DNA from: Candidatus Heimdallarchaeota archaeon
GTDB taxonomy: Archaea > Asgardarchaeota > Heimdallarchaeia > JABLTI01
DNA length: 32,000 nucleotides
Direction: 5' to 3'
NCBI GenBank assembly: GCA_030614005.1
Contig: JAUWKS010000010.1
Location: 36,350 to 68,349, forward strand
Shown: positions 1 through 10,600 of the stretch, piece after piece
How the letters are laid out: every line of letters starts with the position of its first letter
Numbering within the stretch: position 1 is the stretch's first letter
Translations under genes and position numbers: made by a program
Notes under the pieces: model-generated
Told to the model about the DNA's origin: nothing
Database searches by the model: none
Seen by the model: only the letters and a program-made list of their open reading frames with translations

Positions 1-2386
1 ATAGCAGAGTACCGTTATAATATTGAGTTGGGCCAATATATATTGATAAATTGTTGATTCCACTGCCAGAATCTAGACCATCTAAGTAAAATATCACTTG
101 GTCTGTTAGTATATCATTTTCAGCAGGACCAAAAACGCTCAACGTTGGATCGATGTCATCAAGTATTGTATAAGTATAATATGCTCCAGAATTATTATCA
201 GTGATATTATTTCCAACTGTATCGAACACCACTACGTAGTAATTGTATTGTGTACCGTATTCTGAATGGGGTATTAGCCCGCTGAAAATATTTTCTTCAA
301 TTGGTGTAGCTAATACTGGATACCAAGTTGTATCGTTCTGATAATAAATAACTACTTCAGCAATTTCATTTAATAGATCAGTTGTAGTAACTTCAATAAT
401 GGCATCATCATAGTATGTGGGACTATTTTCCAAGGTAACAGAAGCAATCTCAGGAGGTGTAGTATCACGGACAAAGTGAATGTCATCAAATAAAGTTTCT
501 ACCTCGCCACCTGCAGAATAGCAAGCGCTTCGTAATTCAATTTCAGTTACAATCAAATTGTCTTTTCCAAAAGCAGCAAACGAATCAATAGCAATATTTC
601 TTATGAGGTTATACCAAGTACCAGTTGAATTGTAATTATCTACTCTGTAGTAAACATTGATTGTATCATTTGTTAGAAATGACATACTAGCACTTGCTCC
701 CAGAAGGTAATACAGATGATAAGTATCATTAAGTTCTATATCAAATGCAGCATAATTATTGTCGTGCGAAGTTATTTCATCCAGTTTCCACCAAAAATCA
801 GTGTAAAGATTATTTTCAATAGGCAGGTACATTGATCTAGAGACTTGTGAATTACCATAGCTATTATACGATGAAACATTTGCAGCGTAATTTCCACTAT
901 GGGCATCTGAAGTTATGTTTGTGTATTGATGATTTCCAACATTATTCCAACCTATAACTGGATCATTTGGATGCCAACTATAGTCTAGTTCAAATGAAGG
1001 ATCGCCAGTAGGATATGTAGTTAAATCAAAATCATCAATTAAAAGTTGAGTTGTTGAATTTTCTTCATATCCTGCATTAACTCGGAATCCTATATTAGTT
1101 ATCGGCATTCCCAATACGTTTTCAAGAACAGATAGTTCATATAAATCTAGAGAAAATCTTTGCCAAGTATCTCTTGTCCCAAAACCATTTGCGCTAAAAT
1201 AGCGATAGTTATACGAAGAATTAGTATAATTAGATGAAGTTACTGTGTCTGTTTCCTGACCAAGATAATAATGAAAGTAATAGCTATAGGTACCATTTCT
1301 TCCATAAATATAAAATTGTGCATTTTGACTTGATCCGCCATTAAACGTATCTGAGTATTTCCAGTCAAAATTAAGCATAACATCTCCTGGTTGAACTGTT
1401 TGATAGCTTTTAGGAAAATAATTCCAACCCACAATTGTTGATCTTTCACAATAAAGACTACTGTAACTATTATCATAATAGGCTTCTGCTTGGAGATCAA
1501 GAGCACTTGTTCCTTCCGTATAATCATTCTGAGTTATTGTTACAGAAGTTGGTCCTTCTATATTATTTGACCAATAGGAACCATCACCAGTTTCAAAATC
1601 ACCATTTCGAATAAATTCGTCTGCTGTTTTATTTGTAACGGATACATCATCAACAATTAATTCAGTAAATCCTGTTGGTTCATTAGGAGAATATGATCTA
1701 AAGTAAATTGTTCTTATTTCTATATTTGGGTTTATAGGACCAATAGCTTCCTCGTAATCTTCAGTTACATTTCTGCTAAAATGAAACCACGATGAAAGAC
1801 TACCTCGCATATCATAATATCCATTAGTTGAATTAGCACTTAGAGAATCAAATCGTGAAAAATAATAGTAGATATTAACCCAACTTGTGCCTGTGTAGAA
1901 TCGAATATAAGTATAAATTTGACCACCTTCATTTAAGTCCGGATTTGCATATGGATTGTACCAAAAATCGACAGATATGGATTCAGTTAATCTAGTCCCA
2001 CTATCTATGCCCTGAGAGTTAGCAGCTGTTTCAGAAAATTGTGAGGTTCCTTTCGAAGCCATATAAGCAGAATAGGATCCTGCATGAACATCATCTTGAT
2101 ATGATGAATTAGTAATTGAATATGCACTTCCAACATAGTAGAATTCAGTAGGACCACCATTTGAATCTTCTTCATAGAAACCACCATCGGGTACAATATT
2201 CGATTTGAGGTATTCCTCTCCTCCAACAGCATTTGTTTCCCAAATGTCATCCATTTCTGGAATCGTTTGGTTGCTATCAATTTGATAGGTTAAATTAGTT
2301 TGATTGTTGTCAATAGCTCTTATTGAAATTGGCTGAGCAATCATAACAAATAATAGAAAAACAGTTAGTATTTTTTTAAATTGCAT
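1..2386 (-). CDS. Large secreted/surface glycoprotein, 3' end beyond the window: signal peptide, three CBM4/9-like (galactose-binding-like) domains, then Ig-like domains
   Basis: Manual translation from ATG at 2386 (MQFKKILTVFLLFVMIAQPISIRA...) is open to base 2 (795 codons); GAGGGTGA SD upstream. Three repeats start PDGGFYE / RNGDFE / GDPSFE and end LIVDDVSV / LLIDDFDL / TLFDDIHF; then DTTPPEI...DNNSGAYYTYTI Ig-like module; many N-x-S/T sequons. Omitted from the ORF track because it has no stop in the window. Confidence 0.9.
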   Translation of the reverse strand, partial: MQFKKILTVFLLFVMIAQPISIRAIDNNQTNLTYQIDSNQTIPEMDDIWETNAVGGEEYLKSNIVPDGGFYEEDSNGGPTEFYYVGSAYSITNSSYQDDVHAGSYSAYMASKGTSQFSETAANSQGIDSGTRLTESISVDFWYNPYANPDLNEGGQIYTYIRFYTGTSWVNIYYYFSRFDSLSANSTNGYYDMRGSLSSWFHFSRNVTEDYEEAIGPINPNIEIRTIYFRSYSPNEPTGFTELIVDDVSVTNKTADEFIRNGDFETGDGSYWSNNIEGPTSVTITQNDYTEGTSALDLQAEAYYDNSYSSLYCERSTIVGWNYFPKSYQTVQPGDVMLNFDWKYSDTFNGGSSQNAQFYIYGRNGTYSYYFHYYLGQETDTVTSSNYTNSSYNYRYFSANGFGTRDTWQRFSLDLYELSVLENVLGMPITNIGFRVNAGYEENSTTQLLIDDFDLTTYPTGDPSFELDYSWHPNDPVIGWNNVGNHQYTNITSDAHSGNYAANVSSYNSYGNSQVSRSMYLPIENNLYTDFWWKLDEITSHDNNYAAFDIELNDTYHLYYLLGASASMSFLTNDTINVYYRVDNYNSTGTWYNLIRNIAIDSFAAFGKDNLIVTEIELRSACYSAGGEVETLFDDIHFVRDTTPPEIASVTLENSPTYYDDAIIEVTTTDLLNEIAEVVIYYQNDTTWYPVLATPIEENIFSGLIPHSEYGTQYNYYVVVFDTVGNNITDNNSGAYYTYTILDDIDPTLSVFGPAENDILTDQVIFYLDGLDSGSGINNLSIYIGPTQYYNGTLL

Positions 2387-2703
2387 ATATTCACCCTCTA
2401 ATATTAACGCAAATAATAATACTAATTTTGTATCTCAGTTATACTCTAAAAATTTTTCCAATGAAATCTGAGAAAAAATAGATAATAAATGGGGGTTAAA
2501 AATTATTCTACCACCATTATTTTATTTGTTAACAATTAATTTTTCTTAAACCATCTTGCAATGGTGTAGATTCACAATGGCAAACCTAGGGTAAAAATTG
2601 AGTTATATTCTAAAATTTAAGGGGAATAACATGTGCAAATCTAAATATTAAAAAAGAAATAACTATCTGAAGAATCAGTCACAAACGTAAACAAGTGAAA
2701 TAA

Positions 2704-3123
2704 ATGACTCAAAAAACCGATGTTGTACTACTAGCTGCAGGAACTGACGATGAAGAGAATTTCACCACAGATCATTTCGGCTCATCGCACAATTTTTTAA
2801 TTTATTCATTTAACCTAAGAACGAAAGAAATAACTTTCGAGAAGAAAATTGTTAATTTAACTCCCGAAGAACGGCAATATGGAGATCCAGTAAAAGCTAA
2901 GAATATTTCGACTTTACTGGATGGTATATCCATTGCTATGGCAAAACGGATGGGTCCAAATATTGAACGTATTCGAAAAACCTTCATTCCTATTCTTTCA
3001 AATGAAAATCAAATTAAGCTTTCATTGACGATTTTGCCTACGCTAATTCCTGATATTTTAATCGAATTAGAAAAGCCTTCTGGCACTCCTAAAAGGATTT
3101 TAAGATTAAAATTAATCAAATAA
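2704..3123 (+). CDS. NifB/NifX-family (dinitrogenase FeMo-cofactor-binding-like) protein
   Basis: AAGTDD...DHFGSS..F.IY, later GD..KA..I...L, and MGPN motifs fit the Nitro_FeMo-Co family; no nif genes nearby. Confidence 0.8.
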   Translation: MTQKTDVVLLAAGTDDEENFTTDHFGSSHNFLIYSFNLRTKEITFEKKIVNLTPEERQYGDPVKAKNISTLLDGISIAMAKRMGPNIERIRKTFIPILSNENQIKLSLTILPTLIPDILIELEKPSGTPKRILRLKLIK

Positions 3124-3232
3124 ATCTCTTTTATTTTTAAAAAATAACCTTTTTTTTAGACTTTATTAACAACGTAAACTAAATTACAACTGGATAAGGA
3201 ATAAAATAAAAAGAATTTTTAGAAAGAAAGCA

Positions 3233-5191
3233 TTACACTCTCTTTCTCTTTACTGAAACAATAATAACAATAGTGAGTATTAATACTAATGTACCACCAC
3301 CAGCACCTAAAATAATATAGAATGTTGTTGACTGGAAGAAATTTGGTTCAGATGATGTTGTTGGTAAATTTTGTACAGTTATTGATATTGTATCTGATGA
3401 CGACAATCCAACATTGTCAAATAGAGTTACTTGTATTGTATATGTCCCTAATTCGTCTAAACTTAACAGATAAGTCGTAATTGGCATATTTACTGTAGCT
3501 TCCAATACAGAGTTCACTCTTACTTCTGCATAATCATATCCTGATGAGCTATCAACAAAGTTCCAATCGATTTGAACATCACCAGGTTCCATTACATAAT
3601 CATCATCTGGTGCAGTGATTATCACTGTAGGATTTGTTGAATCAATATTGATTTGGAAATGAACAGGATCTGCTATATTCCCTGCACCATCTAAAGTTGA
3701 AATATGAGCATACCATATTCCATCAGTTAACGTTGTTGATATACTACTTGATGATGTAAATGTACTGCTAATTGTTGGCACTGTTGATGGATTATGGTCT
3801 ACTACAATATAATACCCATTAACACCATTGACGTCAAATGGGGCATTCATGTTAAAAGTAGGACTTAGGTTAGTATACCATTCTGAAGGGTTTGCATGTG
3901 GTGTAACAGTTACGTCAGGTTGATAAACAGTACAATCATAATCTATTGTCAGGAAAGGATCACCTAAAATAACCATACCGTAAAACCATTCTAAATAATC
4001 AGATGGGGATACGGTTGTTATTGTTTGGAACCAATCTTCGAAAGCTTGACCAATAGTTTTGTCTAGAGCTAAAGGATCATAGAATGTTGCCCCGCCAAAC
4101 ATACCACCAGTTTTTGATGTGCCAATTACTGCTATTGAGCCGTTTCCTGAATAAAGATATGTCGTTGCTAAACAATCCGCAGCAATAGTATCTGCTCCTG
4201 AACAACAATACAAATTGTAAAAGTTTGCTGCAGGAATTGCTGCATGGATTTGAGCTGAAGTAACAGTTCCTTCACCAATACCTCCTGGACCAAAATAATG
4301 TTGAGCAGGCGATGAACCACTATGAACTGCAAGATGTACCCATTCATAATTTTGAGTCATCTTAGTCAACCAATCAGCAGCCGTTGTTAAAGTTGCTGGT
4401 GTATGGATATCTGTTCTTGTTGGGTAAGCATTATTCAACCAAGCGGGCCAATTGTCATATGTGCCATTTGCCCATGCTTGCCAATCATCATCGATATAGG
4501 TCATAGCTTGATGAGTTCTAGCATTAGTACCTATACGATAATTATGAATTTTAGTTAGTAAATTAACGATGTCTTGATCATTAGATAATCCACCTAGCGT
4601 TCTTGACGTAGCATCTATTCGTCCAAGATAAATTTCTGGATAAATATCACCTGTACCAGCTGAGTGTATATCATAAATACCATCTGGTTCGGTATCAGTC
4701 CATGTGCCGTCCAAATCAGTTAGAAATAATTCACATAGAAAAGTTTCAGCTGCCCAAGGAATTGTTCCAGTTTTTGCCGGATGGTAAAATAAAGCAGATG
4801 GCAAATTACCTATTAAAACAACACCTGATATGCCAAAATTAGTATACCAGAGAGAGATTTTAGTTTTTAATGCTACAATATTTGAAGCTCCTGTAGAATC
4901 TAAAACAACAGTATAACCAGTATAATTCAAATCTTGAGCATATTGGTTTATTGCTGCTTGTGCTGCAGGCACCACCCAAATAGAAGGGTCAACAATTATT
5001 CCTACAGTTTCACCATTGTAACCTGAAACTTGTTTTAGTAAGGCTTTGGAATCTATCTGCGCCCCAATTATTTCATTATGTAATGTAATACTCTCTGTTG
5101 ATAATGGCGTTTTAGCACTTGCAAAACTGAGTGAGGAGAGTATTAACAATGATAGTATAAGTATAAGAATTTTTGATTTAAATTTAGACAT
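3233..5191 (-). CDS. Membrane-anchored C25 (gingipain-like) cysteine peptidase with C-terminal Ig-like domains
   Basis: Signal peptide; GVVLIGNLP, LTDLDG, PEIYLGRI, VHS (His codon 4322-4324), YCCSG (Cys codons 4202-4207), AVIG, ILGDP; C-terminal TM helix followed by KRKRV. Confidence 0.75.
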   Translation of the reverse strand: MSKFKSKILILILSLLILSSLSFASAKTPLSTESITLHNEIIGAQIDSKALLKQVSGYNGETVGIIVDPSIWVVPAAQAAINQYAQDLNYTGYTVVLDSTGASNIVALKTKISLWYTNFGISGVVLIGNLPSALFYHPAKTGTIPWAAETFLCELFLTDLDGTWTDTEPDGIYDIHSAGTGDIYPEIYLGRIDATSRTLGGLSNDQDIVNLLTKIHNYRIGTNARTHQAMTYIDDDWQAWANGTYDNWPAWLNNAYPTRTDIHTPATLTTAADWLTKMTQNYEWVHLAVHSGSSPAQHYFGPGGIGEGTVTSAQIHAAIPAANFYNLYCCSGADTIAADCLATTYLYSGNGSIAVIGTSKTGGMFGGATFYDPLALDKTIGQAFEDWFQTITTVSPSDYLEWFYGMVILGDPFLTIDYDCTVYQPDVTVTPHANPSEWYTNLSPTFNMNAPFDVNGVNGYYIVVDHNPSTVPTISSTFTSSSSISTTLTDGIWYAHISTLDGAGNIADPVHFQINIDSTNPTVIITAPDDDYVMEPGDVQIDWNFVDSSSGYDYAEVRVNSVLEATVNMPITTYLLSLDELGTYTIQVTLFDNVGLSSSDTISITVQNLPTTSSEPNFFQSTTFYIILGAGGGTLVLILTIVIIVSVKRKRV

Positions 5192-5464
5192 GAAAAATAA
5201 TTATTCATTTTCAAATATATACGTATCCTATGCGACAATGCTAAAGTAAATGTAGTTATTATTTATGTTTTATTTAAAACCAATCAGATTGATTGTTTAT
5301 AGTTCAGAATATAGACATAACCTAGACTGTCTCCACATACAATTGTATTTTTATCTTTAACATCTAACCTGCTTTAAATGAAAATAATTTTATCGAATGG
5401 ACATATCTTGCTGTTATACTATTAATGTGCTTTGTTGTATGCCATTCGATTAGCAGCTAAAATT

Positions 5465-5489
5465 GAGGAGTAGTTTTAATTTACTCCTC
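5465..5489 (-). terminator. Perfect 8-bp inverted repeat overlapping the stop of the RelA-domain gene; possible terminator or stabilising hairpin
   Basis: GAGGAGTA (5465-5472) / TACTCCTC (5482-5489), 9-nt loop; only a short AATTTT tract follows on the minus strand. Confidence 0.35.
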
Positions 5490-7499
5490 GATAAATTTCT
5501 TTATTCCTTTTTCAGTATTTGGTACAGCAATTATTTCAGAAAGCATCGAATTTTTCTTATCAGGTTGAAGAGCAAGATTCCATTCCACATTCTGTAATAA
5601 ATAATCAGCAGAACCACCACTTTCAGCGACTAAACCAACTTGTGCACAAAGTAGAATTGCTAAACGATATTCAAAGGATGATATCTTTCCTCCAGCAAAA
5701 CCCAAAACCTTAACATCTTCAGGTTTGATTTTATTCTGCAGAATATTTTTCCAATAAGTTATTACTTGTCGAATGCTAAAATTATTACCAGTCGTTTTAA
5801 CAATCTGTGTGTACCTGGAATCTATCTGAACCTCTTCCGGAATATTCTCTGGAACAAATCCTATTGATTTAATGTTTTTAGCATATTTTTCTTGTAAATC
5901 TCCAACTATACCACAAACTCCACCTAACGTTCCACCTGAAATCAGTGTTCCTGTATACTTTGGAAATGATTTAAGCAATTTTTCTTTGAATAAATTGATA
6001 CTCTCATTAGATGAGATTGTTGAACTACCAGCTAATATGATAATTGGTAATTCCATTGAGAGAACATCAGTATTAGACTTTAGAAACTCATCTTTTATTT
6101 TTTGATTTCCAAATTTATACGCAGCACCTATTGTCAATAGGTCTTCAATAAATGATAAATCAGGTAATTTCTCTCGAACAACATCGAAAAGAGAGAGGGT
6201 TTTCAAAGTAGTAGCAATCATCCAACTTTCGCTGCTATACTTTATTGCTGCTAAATAATTATTATAAGCTACCTCGCTTTCCCCAATGAGCATGTGTAAA
6301 AGGCCAATATCAAAATATGCCCAAGGTAAATTGATTTTGTGATTTATTTGCTTTTGACATTTCTCTATCACTTTTCGAATGATTGAATACGTAAAACTAA
6401 TGAAACCCAAGCTTTTCTGTTTTTTTATTTCAAGTGCAAGATAGTTTGTTGTAGCATAAGGGTTAGAAGGTTCAATTTCGGATGCTTTGCGATAGTAATT
6501 CAAAGCCTTCTCTTCATCAATCTCTTTCCATTGACCACCAAGGACACAATACGTATCTGCATCTTCGGGATTAATTTCTAATGCTTTTTCTAAATAGCTA
6601 ATTCCCTTTTGATAATCTTCACTTTCTACTTCATTCTTTTTACACAATGCCAAACCAATTTCCCGCAAGATAATACTATTATTGCTATCAATAAAAGCAG
6701 ATAAAATCTCAATCATTTTATCCCATTTTTCCACGTATCTTAACAGATAGGCATAACGGATTACAGTGGAGATATCTGTTTGGTCAGCTTTAAACACAAT
6801 AGACATTTTTTCTAGCTCTTTTTCTAATTGCTCCCCAGATAGATATGCACCATAATTTTCCTGAAAATCAGTCATATCATTTATCATTTCTTGAAAGTCA
6901 TGATCAGTGCTTTCTAAAACAGCTGCCACTCGATAAGATTTTCTTTGTAAATGTTTAGGAATAGTGAAATCGCCTTTATATTGTGTATCATGTTGTATTT
7001 GAGCCCAACCATGCTGGAGAAGTGTTCGAATTTGAATTTCAATAGAAAAGTCATAAAACCGTTCCGGAAAGGTTAAACCATCAAGTAAAGAACTACCTTT
7101 TTTCAAGCGGATAATATAATGATTTGAAAGATAGCCAAATTCGCTGACACTTAGTCTTTCTAATTTATCTTCACTGTGTTCAAGACTAATAATAAAATTC
7201 TGCTCAATAACTTCACAAGTCTTCTTGACATCATCAATTGAATCAAGAATAATTCGTGATCCACAGAGATCAGTCATATCTTCAATGGGATTTGAGTATT
7301 TGTCTATTTTTCTAAAAATCTTCTCAGAAAAACTCGCAATTGTTTTTGCACGTGCTTGAATGATACCATGAAGAGAGTATTGTTTTAGCAATTTTGACAG
7401 TACTTTCTTTATCAATTCAGCATATTCTATGTAATCTCCTCTTTTTTCTTTAAAGAGAGCTATTTGTGTTTCAATAAAATCTTGCTGTTGTTTTATCAT
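5481..7499 (-). CDS. RelA/SpoT synthetase-domain protein fused to TPR repeats and a C-terminal SLOG (Smf/DprA-LOG)-like domain
   Basis: RAKTIASFSEK (50-60), DLCGSR (77-82), GYLSNH (122-127), EIQIRT..QH.WA..QHD..YK (154-175); TPR motifs (YLEKALEINPEDADTYCVLG, ALNYYRKASEIEPSN, WAYFDIG); SLOG-like IILAGS, LISGGTLGGVCGIVG, IGFVP, GFAGGKISSFE, ESGGSAD. Confidence 0.85.
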   Translation of the reverse strand: MIKQQQDFIETQIALFKEKRGDYIEYAELIKKVLSKLLKQYSLHGIIQARAKTIASFSEKIFRKIDKYSNPIEDMTDLCGSRIILDSIDDVKKTCEVIEQNFIISLEHSEDKLERLSVSEFGYLSNHYIIRLKKGSSLLDGLTFPERFYDFSIEIQIRTLLQHGWAQIQHDTQYKGDFTIPKHLQRKSYRVAAVLESTDHDFQEMINDMTDFQENYGAYLSGEQLEKELEKMSIVFKADQTDISTVIRYAYLLRYVEKWDKMIEILSAFIDSNNSIILREIGLALCKKNEVESEDYQKGISYLEKALEINPEDADTYCVLGGQWKEIDEEKALNYYRKASEIEPSNPYATTNYLALEIKKQKSLGFISFTYSIIRKVIEKCQKQINHKINLPWAYFDIGLLHMLIGESEVAYNNYLAAIKYSSESWMIATTLKTLSLFDVVREKLPDLSFIEDLLTIGAAYKFGNQKIKDEFLKSNTDVLSMELPIIILAGSSTISSNESINLFKEKLLKSFPKYTGTLISGGTLGGVCGIVGDLQEKYAKNIKSIGFVPENIPEEVQIDSRYTQIVKTTGNNFSIRQVITYWKNILQNKIKPEDVKVLGFAGGKISSFEYRLAILLCAQVGLVAESGGSADYLLQNVEWNLALQPDKKNSMLSEIIAVPNTEKGIKKFIEE

Positions 7500-7609
7500 G
7501 CGAGTTCACTTGGTATTTTATAGGTTCTCAAGAAAATTCACTATTAAAAATTCTTTTTGTTAATAACATAATCTTAAGATATAAAAAAAGGGAAAAAGTA
7601 AGAAAGAAA

Positions 7610-10600
7610 TCATCGTTTCTTTCTTATTAATGCTAGAGCTAACACTGCAACAATGGGTAATAGAGCAAGTAATGTAGTATTACTAGTTGAATGCGCGAGA
7701 ACTGTAAAGCTGTAATAAGCGCCTCCGTTGTCGTCTGTTGCGGTATTAGTATTTGGTGAATCATCTGTTGCTGTGATATAAAATTCAATTAAATCAGCAG
7801 CAGCAAATGTACCAATTGTTGTTTTGTATTGATCACCTGAAATGAGAAGCATTGTTGTTGTTGTCCAAGTTCCTCCGTTTGTTCTGTAGTGAAGAACAAC
7901 TGAACTGATTCCGTTTAGGTCACTCACTGTACAAGTGATATTTACTAAATCAGTATCAGAAGGTGCATTTGGATTATATTCAATGTCACTAATCGTTGGT
8001 GCTGTAACATCACTAGAAGCAATGGTGAAAGTGTAGTAATTTCCAGAATTATCGTCTGTAGCATTGTTGTGCGTTATATAAGAATCAGTTGCGTTGATAT
8101 AATATTCAATATCTGCAGCATAAGCAAAAGAACCGATTGATACTTCATAGGTACTTCCAGTGGTGAGGGTCATACTTGCATCTGTCCAAGAACCACTATT
8201 CACTCTATAATAGAGGGTAACGGATTGAACACCACTTAGATCAGTAACAGCGCAGCTAATAATTACGGTTTCTGCATCTGTAGGATTTGTGGGAGTATGA
8301 ACTATATCATTTATCGTTGGACCGGAAACATCACTTGCACCTATGGTGAAGCTATAATATGAACCACCATTATTATCGGTTGCAATATTGTGTGTTTCAT
8401 AATTGTCAACAGCTGTGATATAATATTCTATGAAATCTTCATACGCAAATAAACCAATAGTTGCATTATAGGTGCTATCAACAATATTCGTCATTGATAC
8501 ACTCATCCAATCACCGCCATCTATTCTGTAGTAGAGAGTAACGGATTGAACACCACTTGGATCTGTAACATCGCAGTTTATAGTTATAGTTTCAAGTTCT
8601 GTTGGTGTTGCTGGTTGGTGTAAAATGTTTTCAATTGTTGGTCCGTCAATATCACTCGCTTCAATGGTGAAACTGTAATATATGCCACTATTGTCATCTG
8701 TTGCTTCATTGTGGTTTGGAGAATCATCTACTGCGACAATATAGTACTCTATTTCATCATCATAAGCAAATGATCCAATTGTTGCTTCGTAGGTAGAACC
8801 AGATGTAAAGGTCATACTGACATCAGTCCAAGAACCACCATTGATGCGATAATATAATGTAACCGATTGAATACCATTAGCATCATAAACATCACAACTG
8901 ATTGTTATTGTTTCAGTGTCATTAGCTGGTTCAGGAGTCTGTGAAATAGCTGAAATGGTTGGTCCGGTAACGTCGCTTGAAACAACGGTGAAGCTGTAAT
9001 ATGCTCCTCCATTATCTTCTGTGGCAATATTAGGATTGATACATGAATCATTGGCTGAGATGAAAAATTCGACTAAATCATCATAGGTAAATGTTCCTAA
9101 ACTTACTTCATATTGATTGTCAATAGCCCATATCATGGTGATATTCGTCCATTCTCCACTATTAACACGATAGTGTAGAGTAACTATATCGAGACCATTG
9201 CTATCTGTAACATTGCAATAAACAAACACTTCTTCTAAATCGGTTGGAGAGGGGTCAAATACTACATCAGTTATTTCTGGTGCTGTTGTATCGACTTGGA
9301 AATTCCAAACATCGCTCCAATCACCCCAATTTTCAGCGCCGTCTTTTGCGCGAACACGCCAATAATAAACATCATCATCCAATGAAGTTATTGCAGTATA
9401 ATATGTATCAGTTGTGTATATAGCTATTGCTGTGCTCAAAAAGTCTGTGTCATTATCTACTTGCAACTGATAAAGTACCGCTCCAGTTTCAGAAGACCAT
9501 TCCAAGTATGGTGTTGGATCACTATCTATTGAATTATTGCTGGGTGTTAATAGTGTTAATGTTGCTGGTGGTGTAGTGTCAATTTCAAAATGCCAAGTTG
9601 TACTCCAAGATCCCCAATTACCTGCGGCATCTCGTGCTTGAACACGCCAATAATAGGTGTTTTCACCTAATGTCGTACAAGTGTAACTGCTAGAAGATGT
9701 ATAGTAATTAACATTTAGTGAGCTAAAATCAGCATTATTATCTACTTGAACATGGTATTGCGTTGCTGTAGCCACTGTTGACCAATCAAGATACGGTGTT
9801 TGATCATTAGTCATTGTTCCGTCTGTAGGTGCAAATAATGTCGGAATACCCGGTGCTATATTATCAATAGTGAAATATCTATAAGAACTAAAACTACCCC
9901 AAGATCCTCGATAATCTTGTGCACGAACGCGCCAATACCAAGTATCACTTGATAGTGTAAATGTGCGAGAAGTTCCTGCAAGGCTATAACTATATGGACT
10001 ACTGAAACTTGGGTTATCATCCACTTGAACATTATATGCTGATGCAGTTGATTTTGCGTTCCAACTTAAAGTTAAGGTGCTAGACTGTGTTAAGTATCCA
10101 TTATATGGTGAATTCAAAGATGGTGGTGTGGTGTCAACTCTGAAATATTTATAAGAACTATAACTGCCCCAATTTCCTAATGAATCTTGTGCACAAACAC
10201 GCCAATACCAATTTCTATTTGATAAAGCAGAGGACCAATAACAATAAGTATTTGATGTAGTTATAGTATTTGCACCAGTGAAACCTGAGTTATCAGCCAC
10301 TTGAAGCTTGTATAGTACTGCAGTTGAAGATGGACCCCAATCTAAATATGGTGTTGAATCATATATTGTTGATCCATACGATGGTGAATATAAAGTTGGT
10401 GGGTTTGGCCCTGTTGAATCAAGAGTGAAATGCCATTCAGAACTCCACACACTCCAAAAACCCCATTCATTATACGACCGAACTCGCCAATAATAAGTAT
10501 CATCATTTAAATGATCACATTCGATATAAGTAGTATATCCTGTACCAACATCTGTTATTTCATTAAATTCCATACTTGAAAAATCAGCATTATTATCTAC

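Noticed and set aside
1240-2280. Track ORFs 1240..1527 and 2005..2280
   Set aside because: Alternative frames inside the real 1..2386 gene.
2618-2690. GGGGA SD-like motif before ATG TGC AAA TCT AAA TAT TAA (MCKSKY)
   Set aside because: Only six codons; no other support.
2704-3123. Nitrogen fixation inferred from the NifB/NifX-like gene
   Set aside because: Stand-alone members are common in non-diazotrophs; no nifHDK here.
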